This document shows, one piece after another, positions 56,801 to 64,000 of a DNA stretch of 64,000 nt. The notes under the pieces are model-generated. The model saw nothing but the letters and a program-made list of their open reading frames with translations. It did no database searches and was not told the DNA's origin. The position numbers and the translations under genes were made by a program. This DNA comes from Nitrospirota bacterium. GTDB lineage: Bacteria; Nitrospirota; UBA9217. The stretch lies in the NCBI GenBank assembly GCA_963754875.1, contig CAVWHO010000020.1:160001-224000 (forward strand), written 5' to 3'. Each line of letters opens with the position of its first letter. The first letter of the stretch is position 1.

Positions 56801-59652
56801 AACAAAAAAGGTAACGCAGGTCTGTGAAGGGAAGACTGATTCCAAAGGTCTTCTTATCTGCGAGTCGAAGTCTCCCGTGTCCGGGAACGTGATCATCCAG
56901 GCGCGGGCAACAGATGATGCCGGCAACGAATCAATCAGCCACCGGGACATCTGGATAGCGGACAAGGGCGAGTGGTGGTTCGATGTGTCCGACAACGACC
57001 GCATCGACCTGCTGCCGGAGCAGAGACACTATGAACCGGGCGAGACAGCGCGATTCCAGGTCCGGATGCCATTCCGCGAGGCAACGGCCTTGGTGACCGT
57101 GGAACGAGAGGGAGTCATGGAGACCTTTGTCAGACACCTTTCGGGAAAGATGCCCGTAGTAGAAGTTCCTGTCAAAGGAAACTATGCACCGAATGTATTC
57201 GTTTCCGTACTAGTCGTGCGCGGACGGGTCGGAGACATAAAACCTACGGCATTGGTGGATCTGGGAAGACCTGCATACAAACTCGGCATCGCCGAGATCA
57301 ACGTGGGCTGGCGCGCGCATGAGCTCAGGGTTTTCTTAACCCCGGAAAAGCAGGTCTACCGCATTCGCGACAAAGCAAAGGTCTTCATAAAAGTCCGTCA
57401 GAGGGACAGAAATAATCCCTGGCCCCCGAAAAGCACGGAACTGGCAATTGCTGTCGTGGATGAGGGACTTCTGGAACTCATGCCGAACAAAAGCTGGAAG
57501 CTTCTCGATGCCATGATGGGACGCCGGGGCTATGAGGTGCATACGTCCACTGCCCAGATGCAGGTCGTGGGCAAGCGGCATTACGGGCTCAAGGCATTCC
57601 CGCCGGGCGGCGGAGGCGGCAGGACGGTAACGCGCGAAATGTTCGACACGCTGCTTTTATGGAAAGGCAGGGTCAAGCTGAACGAGAACGGAGAGGCAAC
57701 TGTCGATATTCCTCTGAACGACGCACTCACCAGTTTCAGGATCGCTGCGGTCGCGAACGCCGAATCAGGACTCTTCGGCAGCGGCGAAACCTCGATCCGC
57801 ACGACCCAGGACCTGATGCTCCTTTCCGGTCTGCCGCCGGTCCTCCGTGAAGGGGATAAATATAAAGCAGGGTTTACGGTCCGGAATGCCTCGGACCACA
57901 AGATGGATGTCGACATCACAGCATCGGTAAGCGGCGCATCGATCAAGCCTGAATTGAAAACAGAAAGCCTCGGCCCCGGCGAGGCTCGGGAGATTTTCTG
58001 GGACGCAACAGCGCCGCTCAATATCGACTCGGTCCTCTGGGAAGTTTCTGCGACAGAGAAGAATGGCGGAGCAGCAGACAGGCTCAAGATCAAGCAGAAG
58101 ATCGTCGAAGCAGTACAGGCTCGCGTGTTCCAGGCAACTATCACTCAGGTGGACAAGGTCCATACGCTCACAATCGAAAAGCCGAAAGACGCGATGCCGG
58201 GCAAGGGTGGCGTGAACGTCTCGTTTAGGAAGAAGTTGTCGAACGGCCTTGGCGGTGTAACGTGGTACATGAAGAACTATCCTTACACGTGCATGGAGCA
58301 GAAGACTTCCCGTGCGATTGCTCTCCGGGATGAAGCGCTCTGGAAAGCGGTGATAGCGGAACTACCAGCGCATCTCGACAGTGACGGCCTGGTCAAGTAC
58401 TTCCCGACCTGTCTTGTGGGGAGCGATACCCTTACCGCATATATGCTATCGATTTCAAACGAGGCAGGCTGGGCAATACCCGACGATCTCCAGAATAAAA
58501 TGATTGAAGGCCTGCGCGGGTTCATCGAGGGAAAGGTCATCCGCTGGTCTGCGCTTCCCACTGCCGATGTCTCGATCAGGAAGATGGCGGCGCTTGAGGC
58601 CCTTTCCCGCTATAACAAAGCAGAGTCGGGTCTCCTGAGCTCGATCATGCTCGAACCGAACCTGTGGCCGACGTCAGCGGTGATCGACTGGCTGAATGTG
58701 CTCGTGCGCGTGCCGGACATGCCGGACCGCGAAAAGCGCATCAACGAGACTGAGCAGATCATCCGCTCGCGCCTCAACTTCCAGGGGACCACGATGGGCT
58801 TCTCAACGGAGAAGACCGACTACTTCTGGTGGCTCATGGTATCGACAGACGTGAATGCAGTCCGCACCGTGCTCACCTTCCTCGACAGGGACCAGTGGAA
58901 GGACGACATTCCGCGGCTTGTGCGCGGCGCCATCAACAGGCAGTACCACGGCGCGTGGGGCACGACCACTGCAAATGCCTGGGGCGTTCTGGCCATGGAA
59001 AAATTCTCGAGGAAATTCGAGAATGTTCCGGTTACGGGCAAAACATCTGCCAAAATTGGGGACAAAGCAAAAAGCGTTGACTGGCAGGCTGCCGCAGAAG
59101 GAGCGGCATTGATGTTCAACTGGCCGGCCAAAGAGACCGATCTCACGGTAAACCACCAGGGCACGGGCAAGCCCTGGGCCACGATCCAGAGTATCGCAGC
59201 GATCCCGCTTGAAGGAGCCGTTCTCGAGCGGGTATACGATCAAGAAGACAGTGACGCCCGTAGAGCAGAAACAGCAGGGTGTCTGGTCGCGCGGCGACGT
59301 AGCGCGCGTCAAGCTTGAGCTCGATTCCCAGGCGGACATGACCTGGGTAGTGGTGAACGACCCGATTCCTGCGGGATCGACGATCCTCGGAAGCGGTCTG
59401 GGCGGAGATTCAAAAATGCTCACGAGCAATGAACAGAAAGCCGGTTGGGCCTGGCCGGTCTTTACGGAACGCACTTTCACGGCATACCGCGCCTATTATG
59501 AATATGTCGCAAAAGGCAAGTGGTCACTGGAATACACCGTGCGTTTGAACACGAGCGGCGCCTTCCAACTTCCCGAGACCCGCGTGGAGGCGCTCTATGC
59601 CCCGGAAATGTTCGGGGAGATGCCGAATGCAGGAATGACGATCAATCCTTAA
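53853..59652 (+). CDS. Bacterial alpha-2-macroglobulin (YfhM-like), +1 frameshift at ~59209
   Basis: MG domains, FRVEEFR, YPYTCMEQ thioester, ETRVEALYAPE C-terminus in next frame; adjacent pbpC. Confidence 0.9.
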
Positions 59653-59777
59653 TGATACGATGGATGTGTCTTCGCTGGTTCAGGCGTGCAGCCCGAACCG
59701 GTTGTTAATGTGTGGTTCAATCTTCAAGATTGAACCAGCGAAGAGTCCATAGCAACGCATTGTATGGGTAAAAGAAC

Positions 59778-61865
59778 ATGAGATACACCTGGACCATAAT
59801 AGTTTTGTTCCTGCTGGCCGGCCAATCCTTCGGGATGTCCTCGTTTGACGAAGTGAATGCCGCCTATCATTCGTCCGACGCGGTCCTTCTTGACCGTCAC
59901 GGCGAGGTGATCCATGAACTGCGCGTTGATCCGAATTCCCGAAAGCTTCAGTGGACGAGGCTTGCTGATATTTCTCCGGCGCTCGTGAAGGCGGTTATCA
60001 GGTCCGAGGACAAGCGGTTCTACCTGCATCACGGCGTTGACTGGACAGCCTTGTCGTCTGCTGCAGTAGGGAGCATATTCTCGGGCAGGCCGCGTGGCGC
60101 GAGCACGATCACGATGCAGCTTGCTTCACTCATTGACGCGAAGGTGAAATCGAGGAGAGGCCGGCGCACCATCGGTGAGAAGTGGGAACAGATAAAGGCT
60201 GCTCAATCGATCGAAACTACCTGGACAAAAGACCAGGTGCTCGAAGCCTATCTGAACCTCGTGAGCTTTCGGGGAGAACTGCAGGGGATCGCGGCTGCGT
60301 CGCGCGGTATTTTCGACAAGGCACCGGCTGGATTGGATGATACTGAGTCGGCGATTCTTGCTGCGTTGATCCGGTCACCCAATGCTTCTCCTGAAAAAGT
60401 CGGAGAACGGGCCGAGCAGCTTGCCGCGTCCCTGGGGAACTCTCTCCCGGCAGGAAAGATCAGACAACTTGCAATTGACCGGTTGTCCAAAGCATATTCT
60501 GTGCGAAAGAGCATTGACCTTGCGCCGCATGTCGCGAAGATGCTCTTGCGAAAAAGTGTCAGGACTGCAAAAACGACGCTTGATGCCTCTATCCAGCGTT
60601 TCGCGGGGGAAGCTCTCAGCCAGGCAATCAGAGCCCTTGCTGAACAGAATGTGCAGGACGGCGCCGCCCTGGTCGTGGACAACAAAACCGGCGACGTTCT
60701 CGCCTATGTCGGCAATGTAGGCAGTGGTTCTTCGGCCGCCTATGTTGACGGCATTCAAGCGAGGAGGCAGGCAGGTTCTACGCTTAAACCGTTTCTCTAC
60801 GGTCTCGCCATCGAGAAGAAGATTGTTACAGCAGCCTCGCTCATCGAGGATTCTCCGCTGGACTTGCAGACCGGGCGCGGCGTTTACCGGCCTGAGAACT
60901 ACGACAAAAACTTTCGCGGCTTTGTTCCTGTCAGGACCGCTCTTGCCTCGTCCCTCAATATCCCGGCAGTAAAAACGCTGAATCTCGTGGGGGTGAGTGA
61001 ATTCGCTTCAAAGCTTCGCCAGTTCGGATTCAGCGGGCTTAGGGATTCGGAATACTACGGCCCTTCTCTTGCGCTCGGAAGTGCTGATATCACGCTCCTT
61101 GAACTGGTGAACGCATACAGAACGCTTGCAAACGACGGGGTCTGGAGCAGGCTGCGGATGTCGCCCGGCGATAGCAGACATCTTCGCAGACGCGCTCTTT
61201 CCCCGGAGGCGGCCTTTATTATTTCCTCCATCCTCTCCGACCGCGAGGCAAGAAGCGCGACCTTCAGCCTCGAAAGCCCGCTCTCCACGCGCTTCTGGAC
61301 TGCGGTAAAGACCGGTACGAGCAAGGACATGCGGGACAATTGGTGTGTGGGCTTTTCCGACCGCTACACCGTGGGCGTCTGGGTGGGGAACTTTTCAGGC
61401 GCAGCCATGTGGAACGTATCAGGGGTGAGCGGGGCAGCGCCGGTATGGCTCGAGATCATGAATTTTCTCCATCAGGACTCTCCGAGCCGCGCGCCTGCTG
61501 TTCCTGCCGGCGTTACATCACGGCTCGTCACGTTCGCTGATAAGGGATCGTCCGTGCGAAAACAAGAGTGGTTCATCAAAGGTACGGAACAGGACCGGGT
61601 CAGGACCGACGTCGCACTAGTGCAACCGAAGATCATCTATCCCGCACCGGATATGGTGATTGCTCTTGATCCGGACATCCCGCATGATGTGCAGAAAATC
61701 TTTTTCGAAGCATCATCAGATTCAACCATGCGATTCGTTCTGGACGACCGCCTCATCGGGTCAGCGCCTCTCGCATCGTGGCGGCCCGTACGAGGCATGC
61801 ATAGAATTTCGCTTACAGGCGGGAATGGCGCTGTTATTGACCGGGTTACTTTTGAGGTGCGATGA
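59778..61865 (+). CDS. pbpC: Penicillin-binding protein 1C
   Basis: SEDKRFY.H.GVD, RGASTITMQ, GSTLKPF, SLN, KTGTS. Confidence 0.93.
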   Translation: MRYTWTIIVLFLLAGQSFGMSSFDEVNAAYHSSDAVLLDRHGEVIHELRVDPNSRKLQWTRLADISPALVKAVIRSEDKRFYLHHGVDWTALSSAAVGSIFSGRPRGASTITMQLASLIDAKVKSRRGRRTIGEKWEQIKAAQSIETTWTKDQVLEAYLNLVSFRGELQGIAAASRGIFDKAPAGLDDTESAILAALIRSPNASPEKVGERAEQLAASLGNSLPAGKIRQLAIDRLSKAYSVRKSIDLAPHVAKMLLRKSVRTAKTTLDASIQRFAGEALSQAIRALAEQNVQDGAALVVDNKTGDVLAYVGNVGSGSSAAYVDGIQARRQAGSTLKPFLYGLAIEKKIVTAASLIEDSPLDLQTGRGVYRPENYDKNFRGFVPVRTALASSLNIPAVKTLNLVGVSEFASKLRQFGFSGLRDSEYYGPSLALGSADITLLELVNAYRTLANDGVWSRLRMSPGDSRHLRRRALSPEAAFIISSILSDREARSATFSLESPLSTRFWTAVKTGTSKDMRDNWCVGFSDRYTVGVWVGNFSGAAMWNVSGVSGAAPVWLEIMNFLHQDSPSRAPAVPAGVTSRLVTFADKGSSVRKQEWFIKGTEQDRVRTDVALVQPKIIYPAPDMVIALDPDIPHDVQKIFFEASSDSTMRFVLDDRLIGSAPLASWRPVRGMHRISLTGGNGAVIDRVTFEVR

Positions 61866-61953
61866 TCAGTTGCCTCCTGGTTGATTCCGCAGTATTGGGT
61901 TGTTTTTTTCCTTCTTTGCTCTCTTCCCCCGACAGTGTATAATGTCGTCACCC

Positions 61954-62706
61954 ATGAAATCCAAAACCGAAGCCATCATTATCAGCAGCATGAACCTGGG
62001 CGAAGCGGACAAGCTCGTTACGTTCTTCTCCCTTGACCGGGGCATGCTCAAAGGCGTAGCCAAGAACGCGCGAAAATCGTTCAAACGCTTCGGTGCAGGG
62101 CTCGAGAGTTTTACCCTCGTCCGGCTCCATCTCTACGAACGCGAGCACCAGGAACTTGCACGGATCGAATCTGCCGATATCATCGAGCAGCACTCCGGGA
62201 TCAGCGCAGACCTCGGCCGCACTGCCGCCGGGGCAGTGATGCTGGAAATGGTGCGGGAAATGTCCCCGCTCGGCGAGCGGAATGCCGCGGCATTCCTGCT
62301 CCTCTCCCACGTGTTCCATCTTCTCGACGAAAGCGTAGACCCGCTTTTTCTGCTCAGCATCTTCAAAATAAAGTTCCTGTCGCTTTTGGGATATCAGCCC
62401 AAGCTCGACCACTGTCTGTCCTGCGGGAACCAGCCGAAAGGGGAGATCATTTTCCTCAGCATGAAGGGAGGCATTCTCTGCCCGGACTGCATGGTGTCTT
62501 CCGGCGAACCGCAGGTGAAACTGTCTCCCGGAGCGGTCGGCTTTTATTACCAGGCGCTCAGGATGGAGATGGACAAAATATCCCGGCTCAAGCCTTCATT
62601 GGGCATCGTGCAGGAGCTTGATAAGACGTTCACTGCCCACACCTTCCACATTCTCGGCAAACGGCTCAAAGCAACGGAGTTTCTGAAAACAATAACGGCA
62701 TTGTAA
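61954..62706 (+). CDS. recO: DNA repair protein RecO
   Basis: GEADKLVTFFS...AKNARKS, GYQPKLDHCLSC...CPDC. Confidence 0.93.
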   Translation: MKSKTEAIIISSMNLGEADKLVTFFSLDRGMLKGVAKNARKSFKRFGAGLESFTLVRLHLYEREHQELARIESADIIEQHSGISADLGRTAAGAVMLEMVREMSPLGERNAAAFLLLSHVFHLLDESVDPLFLLSIFKIKFLSLLGYQPKLDHCLSCGNQPKGEIIFLSMKGGILCPDCMVSSGEPQVKLSPGAVGFYYQALRMEMDKISRLKPSLGIVQELDKTFTAHTFHILGKRLKATEFLKTITAL

Positions 62707-62737
62707 GGTTAGTTTCGCCACGGAGTCGCTGCGAATG

Positions 62738-64000
62738 TCAGGATGCTTTTTCCCGAATTTTTGCGGCCTTTTTGGAGAGGGCAGTGGCTTTTCTCGGGAT
62801 TTTTGCCAGCAGGATCAGGCTTAAAATCACGCAGGCATAGGAGAAGAGGTCGCCGTACCGGGTATAGAAGGAGTGTTCGGTCCCCGGTACGAGCTTGTGC
62901 GTAAGGTATGCTTCGGTGAAGATCCCTGAGGTTTCGAGGATCCTTCCCCGTGAATCGATAAACCCCGAAATGCCGGTATTCGCAGCTCGGGCGACCGGCA
63001 CGCGGTTCTCCACGGCACGGAAAACCGCCATAGAAAAGTGCTGGTAGGGGGCCGCGGTCCTGCCGAACCAGGCATCGTTCGTGATCGTTGTCACGATCTC
63101 GGCCCCTCGATCGACAAATCTTCTGACGAGATCGGGGAAAATGATCTCATAACAAATGACCGTACAGAGCTTTGTTTCTTTCCGCTGCCCCGGCTCTCCA
63201 TAAGGCAGCGTCATCACCGTGTACTCGTTTCCGCCCTGGAAGTCGCCGATTGCCTGCACCATCTTTTCGATAAAGAACAGGACTTTTTTGAGCGGCACGT
63301 ATTCACCGAAGGGGACCAGGTGCATCTTATGGTACACGGCGTCGATGTTGCCGTCTCCCGAGATTAGAAACGCTGAGTTCCTTCCGATGATCCGCCTGTT
63401 GGGTTGTATTTCGTACGTCGGGCTGCCCGTGAGCAGCGGCACATGGTTCTGCCTCACGAATTCAATGAGGTCGGCAGTCATAACGCGGTCGGTCGTACCG
63501 ACTCCCGTGAAGTAGAACGGTGTAGCGGTCTCAGGCCAGATGACCAGATCAGGACGCTGCCTGAGTGCTTCCTGCGTGAGCCGCTTGTAGGTCGAGATCA
63601 CTTCTGACTGGTAGGCAGGGTCCCATTTTTTGTCCTGCTCGATGTTTCCCTGAATGACGGAGATCGAAACCCCATCGGACGCCTGAGGAGCGCGAAGCTT
63701 CGCGAACCCGTAGCCCAGAACGAGGATCACCACGAGGGAAGCCGTGATGATAGGAACATGGTTTTTCCTGTCCATGATGGCTGACGCCAGGGCGGCATTC
63801 ACCAGTACGATAAAAAACGAGACCCCGTACACGCCGGTGATGTCAGAGATCTGTATGACCGGAAGCACGGAGTATTGCGAGTAACCGAGCAATGACCAGG
63901 GGAAGCCGCTGAATACATAAGTCCGCGCAAGTTCAAGGGCGGTCCAGATCAAAGGTGCTGCGACGAAAAACAGTTTCGGATGATTGTACCTGATGTTGAC
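62738..64000 (-). CDS. lnt: Apolipoprotein N-acyltransferase (5' part outside window)
   Basis: GFPW..LGY, QGNI, WPET, KMHLVPFGEY, ICYE, TNDAW, RAANTGIS. Confidence 0.95.
   Translation of the reverse strand, partial: VNIRYNHPKLFFVAAPLIWTALELARTYVFSGFPWSLLGYSQYSVLPVIQISDITGVYGVSFFIVLVNAALASAIMDRKNHVPIITASLVVILVLGYGFAKLRAPQASDGVSISVIQGNIEQDKKWDPAYQSEVISTYKRLTQEALRQRPDLVIWPETATPFYFTGVGTTDRVMTADLIEFVRQNHVPLLTGSPTYEIQPNRRIIGRNSAFLISGDGNIDAVYHKMHLVPFGEYVPLKKVLFFIEKMVQAIGDFQGGNEYTVMTLPYGEPGQRKETKLCTVICYEIIFPDLVRRFVDRGAEIVTTITNDAWFGRTAAPYQHFSMAVFRAVENRVPVARAANTGISGFIDSRGRILETSGIFTEAYLTHKLVPGTEHSFYTRYGDLFSYACVILSLILLAKIPRKATALSKKAAKIREKAS

Overview
GC-rich bacterial chromosomal window. Gene content (sigma-54 regulators, Lon-receiver/TauE/USP cluster) suggests Nitrospirota or a deltaproteobacterial-type lineage; this is tentative. 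About 2.0-19.4 kb is a sedentary integron. It carries a minus-strand cassette array with ~10 intact or broken attC sites, whose core and inverse-core boxes match cassette by cassette. A divergent intI-like gene survives only as its C-terminal ~50 codons, fused head-to-head through a perfect 32-bp palindrome to a second tyrosine recombinase cut at the same RHS codon. The array is heavily parasitised: two inverted-repeat-flanked RAYT-like HUH transposase elements lie between attC halves, a truncated IS110/IS1111 element retains a candidate bridge RNA whose loop matches the array's attC consensus, and there are an IS21, an IS630, an IS91+recombinase unit ending in an attC-like hairpin, and a higBA module. 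From ~20 kb onward the window is mostly ordinary: sensors and sigma-54 regulators, acetolactate synthase, a sulfite-reductase-like/TusA fusion, a Lon-REC/TauE/USP cluster, tatA x2, kup, rmuC, nadA, era, dedA, alpha-2-macroglobulin/pbpC, recO, lnt, plus a second IS630 and an IS200. Several single-base frameshifts suggest an indel-prone assembly. All calls come from reading the sequence by eye; no searches were run.
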